Positions 12,645 through 25,900 of a stretch of DNA of 64,000 nt are shown piece after piece. Within the stretch, counting starts at the first letter, position 1. The number at the start of each line of letters is the position of its first letter. The translations under genes and the position numbers were made by a program. This DNA is from Marsupella aquatica (Eukaryota; Plantae; Marchantiophyta): NCBI GenBank assembly GCA_973895155.1, contig OZ316899.1, positions 15,155,974 to 15,219,973 of the forward strand. Direction: 5' to 3'. The notes under the pieces were generated by a model. The model was not told where the DNA came from, did not search any database, and saw nothing but the letters and a program-made list of their open reading frames with translations.

Positions 12645-15600
12645 TGGGCCCATCGTTTCATGCAATAGGGCCCCGCATATCTAGGAGCGAGCTTCCTACT
12701 TTAGTTCCCATGGTATTGTTTAGGTCTCAATTGCAACCAAATGCTTTCCCCAATTTCAAAGTTTACCCAACATTGATGTTTATCCCCTTGCTCCTTGTAC
12801 CAACTTTGGGCAAGGGTCATACCCTTGGTAGCCGCTTCCACAACTAGGCGTCACTCTTGAATTAAATTGTCCGCAGAAGGAACCTTGCTTTCTGTCCACC
12901 AAGCTTCCGGATTTATGAACCAAGAGGGCGCCCTTAGCGTCCTCCCCATGGCCAACACAAACGGTGCAAACCCCGTTGCCAAATGCTTGGTCGAGTTATA
13001 CCTAGACTCGGCCATTGTTAAGTGCTTTGCCCAATCCTTTTGATTGGCCGTCACAAAGTGACGCAAGTAATCCTCCACAATACCATTCACCCGTTCCATT
13101 TGGCCATCTGTCTCATGATGATACAATGATCCCCTTGTCAGGTCTGTGCCGGATAATCGGAACAACACCTTTCATAAGTGGCCCGTGAACTTGGTGTCAC
13201 GGTGTGACATGATATGCAACGACAATCCCCATTGTCAAAAGACATTGTCAAACACTAGACCAACAACCTCTTGGGCCAAAATCATTTTTGTAGTCGCCAA
13301 GAAATACGTCATCTTGGAAAAATGATCCACAATTGTTAAGATGGAGTTACTGCCATGGGACTCAGGTAATCTCACAATGAAGTCCATGGAGATCAACTCC
13401 CATGGTGCCGCAACTACTGGTAAGGGTTGTAGATGTTCTCCTTTTGCCCTATAGACCGTTTGGTTCTTTTGGCACAAGTAACAACTTTGCACGTGGCAAA
13501 GAACCGATTGCTTCATGTCTAGCCCATACACATCTTGTGACATGTTGCGGTACGTAGCAGCTTGTCTGCCATGCCCTCCCCAAGGCAAGTTGTGGTACTT
13601 TGCAGAACCTCCATTCTTAGAGACTTTGGGATGTACACATGCCTCTGCTTGTATTGTCATAACTGGATATTATGCATGGTATCCAACCCAAATGAAACGT
13701 GCCTTACCTTGCCTTGGCTAACCCCATTGCTTTGCCATTCCTTGGCTAACCACTTGTCATCCCCGTACGCCTTGGCCAGAACCTTTGGGCACTTGGATTT
13801 GAGCATTGTGATCCCATTGACACGATGATGGTCCCTATTCAATAACGCGTCAGCTGCTATGTTTGTCTTCCCAGGAATGTGACGGACTTCAAAATCAAAA
13901 TCCGCCAAGAACATTTGTCAGCGCATTTCCTTGGGGTTTAGCCTTGGCTTAGAATTGATGTACCTTGTCGGCAAGCTATCTGTGTGTATTACCACTTTGG
14001 GACCGTTCTTAAGGTAAATTTCCCATTTCTTCAATGCATAGATCATTGCATACATTTCCCTTTCCGATGTGATCCAATGATTTTCAAACTTACATGATTC
14101 AAAGGCCACAGGACACCCATCTTGGTGAAGACAAGCGCCAATGGTGTAATCACTTGCGTCTGTCCAAATCTTGAAGGGCTTCCCCATCTCAGGTAACTTT
14201 AGAACCGGCGGCATTATCATTAGCCGCTTGAGTTCCAAGAATGATAACTCACAATCTTGTGTCCACACAAACACTTTGTTTTTCATTGTTAGTGCATTTA
14301 GGGGCCTCGCAATCCTCGCATAGTCTTTCATGTATCTGCAATAGAACCTCGTAAGTCCTAAGAAGGCTCTAACCTGCCTTACATTGGATGGGTGTTCTCA
14401 TTCCTTGATCTCCTTGAGCTTGTCCTGACTAGGCATATTCCCCTCCGGGGTAAAGGTATGGCCAAGGAACTGAATCTTGTTCATCGCAAACTTGCATTTG
14501 CTAAGTTTAGCAAAGAGACGAGCCTTACAAAAGTGAGAGAATACTTCCTTGAGCAACTGCCTATGTTCCTCCAATGTTTTCCAGTACATTAGGATGTTGC
14601 CAATAAAGACTACCACTCCTTGGTCCAACAAGTCATGAAAGATGGTATTCATCATTTTTATGAACATTGCGGTTGCATTACACAAGCCAAACAACATACC
14701 CAAAAAAATTGTAGGATCCAAACCTTGTGGGCATTGTGGTCTTATACTCGTCTCCCTTAGCCATGCGGATCTGGTACTACCCAGACCACAAGTCCACCTT
14801 TGAAAACTTCTTAGCCCCGGAGAGACAATCAAAGAGGTCATCCATATGAGGTAACGGGTACTTGTTCTTTACCATTTGCTTATAGTCACGAAACTTGACT
14901 ACCTTAACACTTAGCTCCAATGTTGCTGACTCCAACATCGAGCTCCCTTATGGTCTAGGCCCGGTTAGGCCATCCGGGGAGGACTTAGCATGGGGAGACT
15001 TGTGGACAATGAGACGTGGCACTAGTGAAGGCAAGGAGCCAAGCTGGTGACACACACTAAGGACTTAGGCAAGCTCAGAGCTGGTCAGGTCAAGGGGAAA
15101 GGGGCCGGACTCAAGGTTGACCATCCGGGCCCCCTGACGGACTTTGGGTTCTGAGGGCTTGAGTGTGAGCTCCTCTTGGGCCCAAGGCCAATGGAGTTGA
15201 CGCCATAGGCAACGGACGCTTGGGGCGTGAGTTATGGCCCGATCCGAGTTTGGCTGATCGGGTACCCCAAGGGCGATGAGACCTGAGGGTCTAGCCATGA
15301 GCACCGGGTTGGCCCGATCACAACGGGCTAAGGCACTCCACTTGCGGACGCCTAACGAGAAAGTTATGGGCGTTGCCAGTTAATGGCACGCCCAGTATGC
15401 GTGATCGGATCTGGGTTGGAGGCCAAAAGTTTAGGGACCAAAGTTGGTCCGGGGGTAGCAGGTCTCCAGAAGCATATATGAGGGGGTGGTGTCTCCCTGG
15501 GGGCCAAGGGCGAGCCAAAGTCGTGAGCCGCGGCGGTCGCGACACTAAGGGAAAGCGTCAAACGGAAACGGCGATATCTTTCCAACGGGAAGTCCGTTGG

Positions 15601-16397
15601 AGGACTTCTTAGGTGCGTTAGAAAGCTCTCAAGGACGGCTATGTCCTTTTGAGCTCATGTGGGTCTGGGGGTGCCATGGGTTCTTGAGGTTTGCGGGTGT
15701 TAGCTCGCCCGCTTGGGTAGGCAATCGCACGTCTTGGGGTGGACGTGCAAGAGTTGCTACAACCATTAGTGTGCAAGTTTGCCAACGACACAAAAGGGAT
15801 AGTGTCAAGAGTGGTACATAGACTTTGAGTAGAGGTCATAGGCAAAAAGCAAAATTTTGTTAGTCAGGAGATGTTCTACGTTCTAGACGGTCTAGCCGTA
15901 GACTTCATTTTGTCGGTGGGTTATCTCAGAAAGCACAGTGTTACCTTGAAACTGGGGATGAGGTGCTCCATTTTCCCAATAAGGGCAGTGAGCTCATTGT
16001 TGTACACGAGATTACCAAAAATAAAGAAAGATTTCTCAAAGTAAGTAAAGTGTCATGGTTGTCCCCGTGTGTATCGGCAAAGCAATGGTGGAAAAACTTC
16101 AAGGGTGGACATGAATGTTTCTTCTCTCATGTCCACCCAGTTAAGGAGGCTGCTTCGCAGCCAAAGGTTAAGTCATCTAAGGTTGGGCCTGACTGCGGTC
16201 AAATTCCCAAAATTTTAGAGGAATTCAACCACGTGCTCTCGCAGACGCTACCTAAAGGTTTACCCTCGCGGAGAGAAGTGGATCACCAAGTTAAGTTGGA
16301 GCCAGCTTTGGCTCCTCATGCTAAAGCTCCTAACCATCTGTACCTAAATGAACAAATGATGTTGAAAAATGCCTTGGAAGAGTTGATCAACCAAGAG

Positions 16398-17320
16398 TTC
16401 CGACAATGGGGATTGCCATTGCATATTCTGTCCAACCGCGATACCAAGTTCATGAGCCATTTCTGGAAGGCATTGTTTTGGTTATCCAAAATGGACCTTA
16501 CTAGGTGATCAGCGTATCCTCATGAGACGGATGGCCAAATGGAATGGGTGAATGGTATTGTGGAGGACTACTTGCGTCAATTTGTGATGGCCAATCAAAA
16601 GGATTGGGCAAAGCACTTAACTTTTCCCAAGTTTAGGTATAACTCGACCAAGCATTTGGCAAAGGGGTTTGCGCCATTTGTGTTGGCCACAAGGAGGACG
16701 CCAAGGGCGCCTTCTTGGTTCATAAATTTGGAAGCTTGGCGGACGGATGGCAAGGTTCCTTTTGCGGACAATTTTATTCGAGAGCGGCGCCTAGTTATGG
16801 AAGTGGCTACCAAGGGTATGACCCTTGCCCAAAGTTGGTACAAGGAGCAAGGGGATAAACATCGACGCCAGGTAAGCTTTGAAATTGGGGAGAGTGTCTG
16901 GTTGCAATTCAGACCTGAGAAATACCACAAGAACATAAGTAGGAAGCTAGCTCCTAGATATGCGGAGCCCTATCGCATCATACGATGGGCCCACAAGGAT
17001 AATCCGGTTTTGGTGGTGTTGGAGACACCCAAGGAAATGGGCGTGGGCAAAAGCTACTATGTTAGCCGGCTCAAGAAATTTGTCAAAGATGATGATCCCA
17101 ACCGGGATCAGGTCTTGCGTCCAAACGCCATGTTGGTGGAGGACGCGGAGGAGTTTTAGGTGGAGGCAATTCTGGACCACCGTTACAAATGCAAGTTGGA
17201 AAGGAAAATCTTAGAGTATTTGGTGAAGTGGTGGCTATGATCAGGCCAAGAGTACTTGGGAACCGGAAGAAAATTTGGGTAATGCCTCAGAGATCCTTGG
17301 AAGCTATTGTAAGCAAAGCG
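16398..17320 (+). pseudogene. Integrase C-terminal half with GPY/F region and chromodomain
   Basis: GLPLHILSNRD, ETDGQMEWVN and KLAPRYAEPY, followed by EEF*VEAILDHR..EYLVKW..STWEPEENLGNA with frameshifts (aromatic-cage type chromodomain). Confidence 0.88.
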
Positions 17321-17515
17321 GCCTACTGCCATTGTGAACTGGTACAGGCAACTGTAGCTACTTTTGTGACTTGTATCCTGGTTTCACTCCTCTCGACCTC
17401 TTAAGGACACAGTCAGATTGCGTTGGTGCTAGAGGGTGTTGGGCGCCCAATTTGCTTTTTGCGAGTGGAAGTTGATGGTGCCCGCCTTACATCTGTGGGC
17501 GGGCTGGTTCAAACC

Positions 17516-17522
17516 AAAGGGG
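17516..17522 (+). promoter_or_regulatory. Polypurine tract of copy C
   Basis: AAAGGGG immediately followed by AGT, the start of the 3' LTR. Confidence 0.6.
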
Positions 17523-18893
17523 AGTACCCCAAGGATAGGCCATACGGGGAGGACTTAGCATGGGGAGACTTGTGGGCAATGAGACGTGGCACTAGCAAAG
17601 GCAAGGAGCCAAGCTGGTGCCACACACTAAGGACTTAGGCAAGCTGAGAGCTGGTCGGGTCAAGGGGAAAGGGGCCGGACTCAAGATTGACCATCCAGGT
17701 CCCCGGACAGACTTTGAGTTCTGAGGGCTTGAGTGTGAGCTCCTCTTGGGCCCAAGGCCAATGGAGTTGACGCCATGGGCAACAGACGCTTAGGGTGTGA
17801 GTTATGGCCCGATCCGGGTCGGCCGATCGGGGACCCCAAACAGCGATGAGACCTGAGGGCCTAGGCATGAGCACTGGGTTGGCCCGATCACAATGGGCTA
17901 AGGCACTCCGCTTGCGGACGCCTAACGAGAAAGTTATGGGCGTTGCCAGTTGGTGGCGCGCCCACTATGCGCGATAGGATCCGGGTTGGAGGCCAAAAGT
18001 TTAGGGACCAAAATTGGTCCGAGGGTCGCAGGTCTCCAAAAGCATATATGAGGGGAGTGGTGTCTCCTTGGGGGCCAAGGGTGAGCCGAAGTCTTGAGCC
18101 GCGGCGGTTGCGACACGAAGGGAAAGCGCCAAACGGAAACAACGATATCTTTCCAACGGGAAGTTTGTTGGAAGACTTCTTGGGTGCGTTGGAAAGCTCT
18201 TAAGGAGGGCTACGTACTCCTGAGCTCATCTGGGTCTAGGGGAGCCATGGGTTCTTGAGGTTTGCGGGTGTTAGCTTGCCCGCTTGCCAAATCCTGCCAA
18301 ACAATAGCCAAGCCGTGTTCAGTCTCCCAAGGGATCTTGTGTTGGGGAGGCAAGGCCAAGTAGGCATGGAGGTTGAGTTTCAAGGGTGTTTGGCCCCTAG
18401 ACCATTAGTGGGGCAAGAACCAGGAGTAGGTTGCTAGAGCCGGTCATTCTGGTCCCGACGTGTTGGGACAAGCTTTAGGACAAGCTACGCTATTTGGGCC
18501 ATGAGCATGTCCTGGGGTCAGGGCGGTCAGTTGGTGATGGATAGGTACAAGGGGGAACCTGGGCCGCACCCAAGGAAGGAGTTGTTATGGACAAACAGTG
18601 GGCGTGGGTTCTGGTTCCGGCTTATGGCATCGGGAGGACTTATCGCTGACCTATTTACCAATGTCTGTTGAGCTTGAGTTAGGATGATAGACTTGGCAAA
18701 TTCTAGATCCTGAAGGGTTACTTACCAAGGCGTTTGGCTGCTTGTGCAGACAGTGAGGACCGTTGAGTAGCGGTCGTGTTGGAGAGCAAGTGCGGCTTTG
18801 TATGGGAGGGGCCGCTGGCGGTGCAAGGGGCACTAGGTTGCTTGCTCGAGGTATTTCGTGGAGGCGTTTGGGCACCAGGGGCACTAAAGCATG

Positions 18894-21800
18894 TGTAAGT
18901 AGTCAGTAATTCCAAAGGCATGAAGAAACCAATTTTTTAATTTTTTTTTGAATTATTTAAACTATATTTGCTGATAACTATAGAGTAAACTGCACTCCAA
19001 TTAAACTCTGCCAAAGTTACGAGTCCTTGAGTATAAGTTACGGGTAAACCATGTTACGAGTTGACAAGTATATGGGTATACGCGTTCAAGAGTATATGGG
19101 TATATGCGTTTAAGAGTTTACAGGTATAAGGGTTTACTCCTTACAACTTACGAGTTTGCGGTGAGTCCTGTGATCATGACATGCTACGGCTAACTCCAAC
19201 GGGACTTCGCAACGGAACGAGGAGCGCACCTTGAAAGGGAAGGGATGCAGGACATGGGCACTCATTCCTGACTTCTCTTCCGCCTTACCTCTCACCTCTC
19301 TTGACCCAAACAATTCTCCGCGCAACATAGTGAGCAGAATTCAAGACTTGGGTGCTGACAAGCAGTACCGTGTTGAAGCTCTAGCAATTCCAAGGGGTAT
19401 AGTAGCACAAATTCCACAGGCGCCCGACGGTTGTGCTAACTTACAGGCATCTTTACAATAGTTAGGACTAAAGCGTCTACTGGAGATCCCCCGGAATGTG
19501 GAACTCTACTCTTATTTACAAGATTTTGTGAAGGGGTCCATTATTTCCATTGAATTTTGACAAATCATTCGAGCTCGTTCGAGTTTGTGGATAGTTGAGC
19601 AGATTGCTTACGCCTTTGGCTGCTCATCAAAAGGAGAGGCATTGTATTCTAAGAAAAAAGATATATCCACACCTTACTTCTCAAGAATTTAAAATCTCAA
19701 GAATGGCTGGAATTTGACTCAGTGTACTTATCTTGAATTGAGAGTTCTCTTAGAATTCTTAGTGCCGATTCTTCACCCAAAGAAGCCAACCGTCTGTTTT
19801 GTAGCCTTGGCAAACACTATTGTAGCTGCTCACAGTGGAGCTATCCAAGTAAATTGGGCTTTGTTGATCTTTAATATTATGAAAGATCAAGTGAAGAGTT
19901 TGAAGGTAGGAAGACCCACTTGTTTGCAGAATTATCTGTCTCAACTCTACTATGCCTATGACTACTTACATCTTGAAGAGAGAACGGAGAAAGGGTTGCT
20001 CCTAATCAAACTAGGCATTGAAGAAGAGATTTTAATAGAAGAACCAAGACAGGCCATTCCACCGGATTCCAATGATCAGGATGTTGATGTGGACATTGAT
20101 GTTAATATGGAGGATGTCTCAATAGGTGGTTCTGAACCTTCACCTGTACACAACTTGGAGGACATCTGTCATCCAATGTATGACTTGCACTCTCCCAGGG
20201 AAACCAGTGGTGTAGATCAACTGGAAGCTGAAGGAGATGAGTTTTTACCTGAGCAACAAGAAGATGTTGCTGAACCGACTATTGCTGCCATTCATGGGGC
20301 CACAACGCCCACTTTTTCAGAAGCTGAGTCTAATCAGCAACTCATTGATAAGTTAACCTCTCTCTTTGGTTGTAGTGATGATGAACTCTATAATGTGGTT
20401 AGTGACTTGAGAATGGAGTCAGTTAGTCTGCAGTCACCTTTTTCAGATCAGTTGACTCCTATTAGAGCAACTTCACCCATAGGAAGTTCAGAACGAGAAG
20501 AATTTGTTGTTCTCACTCCATTACACAATAGAATCCCCCTATAGAACAGTGTGAACCTGTCTCAGAGATAGGAAACATAAGTTGTGTTGCAGTTATAAAT
20601 GACCTATTGGAAATGCTTCAGTGTGAACCCAAGGAGATAGTCTCTGTTGTCAGTGACTTAATTCAGAAGTACCTAGTACCCAAAGGCCCTTACAATCAGG
20701 GTGCATGCACTTATAGTCCAGATTCTAGTTATGAGCCAACAAATGGACCTATTTATACTCAACCACAGTATGAACATCCTTATGTTAGACAGGATCTCTC
20801 TGAAGACTCCGATCCATCCTTAGACGGTGAAATTTAAAGATCTTATGATAATTCTCTTGAGTCGTCACCAAGGCAAGGATTTGAAGATGTTGACGCTGCA
20901 TTACGGTCGAATCCAAATCTAGTGGCATTGGTTACTTCTTCTACTCAAACTCCTAGAAATGCTACTATTGAGAGTAGGTACCCTAGACACCCTGAGTCAT
21001 AAGTACACAGGTATGCCACCACTTGCAAAATAATGCAAGCCAACAGACCATCAGTTGGAGAATTCTCGAGATACTACTATCTGAAGAAGAGTGAGGCTAG
21101 TTACATCTTTGACCTCAGGTGTCATGGTACTTCTAGACTGGAGATGGCACAATTTGATGAATTCTGGACTAACTCTATGTACTTCCGGCCCATTCTTGCT
21201 GTGATGCTGCTACAAGGTGATGTGGAGGTGGAGGATCCTGATTTGGTCCTGGCGTATTTTGGAAACTTTGCAACTTATATTATGGATTTTGTAATCTCTT
21301 TTCTTATGCAAAGTAAGAAGTCCACTTCTCTTCAGAATGATTACATTCCTCAAAAGCCCAAGGTTGTACTCGTTTCGACTAGTACCTTAGCTGACAAACA
21401 AAGGATATGGAATAATGTTACCTCTCAGACTCTTGCTGAATTCAACCGATACTTCAGAGATGTCATTTGGAGATTTTGTCCTTTCTATTCTAGGACAATG
21501 AGACTAAAGATTTCCTATTCCATTACCCTCAAGTATATGCTGCTACCTGCAATCACTATGATGTGATTGGGATCTACCGAGAAGCACTTCATATAGACTC
21601 GTGTTACTTACGGAGAAGTTCCTGAGAGACAATTATGATGCCTACCCTATTCATGAGGATCATCACGACAAAGTGAGTTTATGGAAGTTACTCAATCTCA
21701 GACTGTTATCCTCGTGGAGCTTCTCAAACCAGATGATATCCGACAACAAGCTTGAGGCAAAATCTAAGTGTTTTAGTTAAGTTTTAAGAGTAGTGCATCT

Positions 21801-22946
21801 TTTCAGATTTTTCTAAATGTGTTCTAAAGTTTTAAAAGCTATGAGACTTTGTCAGGAGGTAGTCTGTACCTAGGAAAACTTGCTGGAAAAATTTCAAAGT
21901 TTTTTTAGCTAGGAGTATAAAGTTAAAAATAGTTGAATTTGCTAAGTTCTTAAGTATACCGCAATACAAGTTTACGAATTTCAAGTTAGTGACTTAGGAC
22001 TATAAGGCTTTACAGTTTTACGGGTTTACGAGTTCATACTTAGCCACTTTTCCGGCTTTTCACTTACATAATGGTCATTTTAACTATTTGAGAGGTATGA
22101 AGAGGCATGTCTCTTCAACCTTATGGCCTTTCATTCTATAGATTTTTACTATAAGATAGCTCTACCACTAGTGTAGTTTATGGTAAAGTTATGCATTTTC
22201 ACCTCTTCCTTGTGTTAAACCAATTGATCATGAATCTATGAGTTTGAGATCAGGTTTAACAAATAGGAGAGACTTTCCTCTTTCTTGTGTTTGTACCTCT
22301 ATTTATAAACATAGGAAGTAAAATCCATTTGTGTAAAATCTTTGGAGTTGTGATGATAGATTCCTTTTCGGTGATTCATTGCAATTTCTTAAGTTCTTAG
22401 AGTTAACTCATTGAGTTTAAGTCTTATTAAAATTGATGGATTTTTTTTCATGTTGCTTAGTACCATCTAAATGTTGAAGTAGCTACCTTTTAGATCGTGT
22501 CTGAGTATCACTTAGAAAGAAAAGACAAGACGTGTTGACGACACTTTAAAAGAGTACTCTAGTAGCATTTTAGACCTGAAAAGCAATGTGGGTTTGAATC
22601 TCATAAAGTCATTTCATTTTGACTAATGTTTAAGGAGTAACCTTGGTACATACCAGACTTCCTTGGCATACTTTAAGATATTTTCTGTGTGTTTTATTAA
22701 TTATTTTCTTTTATTAATTTATGTTTACACAATGTTGAGTTATCATTGAAAACTACTCACCGCTGTGGAGCGATCTTCAAAATACCTCAGTAAAGTAATC
22801 AAATTTGATTACTATGTGTGGGAAACATCTTAATTTCTTTATTATTGTTTAAAACTATCAAACCAACCTCATGTTGTTCTTTACGGGAACAAATACCGAG
22901 TTTGAAGACCTTTAAGTGTGTTTTTGGTTCTTCATGACAAACTACA
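18894..22946 (+). mobile_element. Solo-LTR-like element B (4053 bp, TG...CA) carrying a long ORF
   Basis: TSD GCATG/GCGTG with one transition (18889-18893, 22947-22951). Termini TGTAAG...ACTACA. The host LTR sequence resumes exactly after it. No gag/pol. Confidence 0.85.
19327..21755 (+). pseudogene. LTR-borne accessory ORF (~810 codons), decayed
   Basis: Pieces 19231-19461, 19714-20544, 20607-20837 and 21033-21566 plus tail. LEFLVPILHP, LANTIVAA, VNWALL, YLSQLY. The C-domain EFSRYYYLKK..RLEMAQFDEFWT..YFRPILAVM..LAYFGN matches element A. The start position is approximate. Confidence 0.85.
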
Positions 22947-25900
22947 GCGTGAGTGCTGGGATTGGTGCTAGGTGACTAGGTCCACCACTCTTATTGAGGA
23001 CTCAATAATCTATGCACAATCTCAAAGTACCATCCTTTTTGGACACAAACAGCACGAGCGCGCCATAAGGACTCTTACTAGGACGAATGAATCCTTGGTC
23101 GATCAACTCTTCCAACGCGTTTTTTAACATCATTTGTTCCTTTAGGTTCAGACAATAACGAGCTTTAGCCTGAGGAGCCAAACTTGGCTCCAACTCAACT
23201 TGGTGATTTACTTCCCTCCGCGAGGGTAAACCTTTAGGTAGCTTTTGCGAGAGCACATCATTGAATTCCTCTAAAATTTCAGGAATTTGATTGCAGTCGG
23301 GCCTGACCTTAGCTGACTTAATCTTTGGCTGCATAGCAGCCTCCTTAACTGGGTGGAGATGAAAGAAGAAACATTCATGTTCACCCTTGAAGTCTTTCCA
23401 CCATTGCTTTGCCAATACACACGGAGACAACCACGACACTTTACTTACTTTGATAAATCTTTCTTTATCTTTGATAATTTCATGTACAAGGATAGGCTCA
23501 CCACCCTTATTGGGAAAATTTAGCACCTCACCCCCCGGTTTCAAGGTAACATTGTGCTTTCTAAGATAACCTACTAACAAAATGAAGTCTACGGCTAGAC
23601 CTTCTAGAACATAGAATGTCTCCTAACTAACAAAATTTTGTTGTTTGCCTATGACCTCTACTCAAAGTCTATTACTAGTAGATTGACACTATCCCTTTTG
23701 TGTTGTTGGAAAACTTGCACACTAATGGTTGTAGCAACTCTTGCACGTCCACCCCAAGATGTGTCACTGCCTGCCCACTTATGAAGCAGGCGATCGCGCC
23801 TGTATCCACCAAAGCAACACCCAGATTACCGTTAGAAGTGACATTCACAAAAATCAGTTTATCAGGATCCATTGTCTTAACCTTGGGTACTTTCTCTCGC
23901 AACAACACCTTCTCTCCGACAGGAATATCCCCTACAGGGACCTCGTCAACTACTAAGGGTTTGGTTAGAGCGATACTTACCTTAACGCCCTTCTACCCCC
24001 AACTCCGCTCGGCTTGCCACCTTTCATGGGAGAATCCTTACTTTGATGGCCCATGGCGCCACATGTGTAGCACAAACCTTCAACCCGCCTCTGCTCCGTG
24101 AGCACCTTTTTTTTGGCTTTTTGCGCCAATGAGGTCCCTTTCTTGAAGTTGTTGGCCTTCCAGTTGCGCTTTGCTTCTCCGTTCTGGGGCTGAGGATTTG
24201 AACCACCAATCCCCGCCCCCTCAGGCTGCTTGTGCTTGTGCTTGTTTTTGGGACCTTTCACTTTCCTAGCTTCCCCTTTGGATCCTTTGCCACCCACCTT
24301 TGCCAAGTCCGTCCAGTTTTTCACTAGCGTAGTGGCCTTGTTAAAGGCGTCAGAAAGTGTTTTAAACTCATGACGCTTTTCTTGTAACTTTGTACCGAGC
24401 AACGGCGGGAACTTTACTATAAAGTTGTGAAGCTACGTATGTAGGGTCTCCTGCCCCGCCAGGATACACGCCAACTGGTTTTGGTAATAAGTGATGAACT
24501 TTTGGATATCACCCTTGAAGCTCATTTCCGTTACACATTTTTGCGCATGCCGCTCTGGGTACTTAGTGGTGACATGAGCACGGAGACCCTCAACCAAATT
24601 TTCCCAAGTTAATAGCAAGGAGGAGTCCTCTTGCAACTTCTTCCAAGACTTGTACCAAGTCAAGGCATAGTCCTTTAGGTAAGGAGCAGTTGTGGTCAAC
24701 CGTTTAAGAGTCGTTGGTCTTGAGTCAACATACCCAAACCGTCGTCAGCGGCTGGGGCCTTGCGGGTTGTACAAGGACAGTCCTCCAACCGCCTTTCCTT
24801 TGCGAGTCACCTGTCCTTAGGTTCTCTTGTGGATTTTGGTGACACCCCCCGTGACTTGCGGACACCATGACCTCCCAGGGCTGTGGCACCACTTGCATTG
24901 CCCTGGTTTTGCTTGGTCAAATTATCCACGATAATGTTTGGCTTGACATCATCCTCTGGTTTTGCATCCAACCCTCTTAAGGCTGGGATTAGTCCCTCTT
25001 CTAGGTCCTGACCCTCTTCCTTTGATTCAGTCTTTGAACCGTTATCGCTTTCATCTGAGTCGGAGCTGTCAATGCTTGACTTGTCCTTTGGAGGATTGGC
25101 CACCTCCTTCCCTTTAAGTTGACAATGCTCTACACTTGACGTGTTTGCTGTGGCAGTCGCCGGTTTGGCCGCCATGTCCTCATCATCCTGCATGTAGCAT
25201 TTTTCTAGGGAAGTCAACCCATCTTCCTTCTATTCTTCTTGAACCTGAGCTCTCTCCTTAGCCAAAGAGCCTTCTTGCCACTCTTTGATCGCATGTTCTT
25301 CACATGTCTCCAATGACCAAATCTGCCCAGTCAACCCGTCGGGCACATTGAAGCACTAAGCCCCCACAAAAATCCGTTAAGATTTTTGATTTCCAACCTA
25401 GCACAACTCCGACACGGTGTCTATGCCAGCAATTGCTTTGATACCACAAGTGGTGGACCTTGCCACCCAGTGCCCTCACCAATCCTGACACCCATGCCTA
25501 AGTGCCCCTGGTGCCCAAACGCCTCCATGGAATACCTTGAGCAAGCAACTTGATGCCCCTTGCACTGCCTACGGCCCCTCCATACAAAGTTGCACTTGCT
25601 CTCTAACACGATCGCTACTCAACGGTCCTCACTTTTCTGCACAAGCAATCAAGCGTCTCAATAAGTAACCCCTCGGGATCTAGATCTCCTTAGTCTAGCA
25701 TCCTAACTCAAGCTCAACAGAATTGGTAGTTAGGTCAGTGATAGGTCCTCCCGATGCCATAAGCCGAAACCAGAACCAACACCCATTGTTTGTCCAGAAC
25801 AACTCTTGCCTTGGGCGCCTCCCGAGTTCCCCCTCATACTTATCCATCACCAACTGACCGCCCTGCCCCCAAGACATGCTCATGGCCCAAATAGCGTAGC

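Larger units (their letters stand above)
14884..22989 (+). mobile_element. Chromovirus-family element copy C, internally deleted, termini AGT...ACT
   Basis: Perfect 5-bp TSD CTTAT (14879-14883, 22990-22994). Contains a truncated 5' LTR to ~15715, a PR/linker remnant, the integrase C-half, a PPT and a 3' LTR (17523-22989) interrupted by solo LTR B. Confidence 0.92.
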
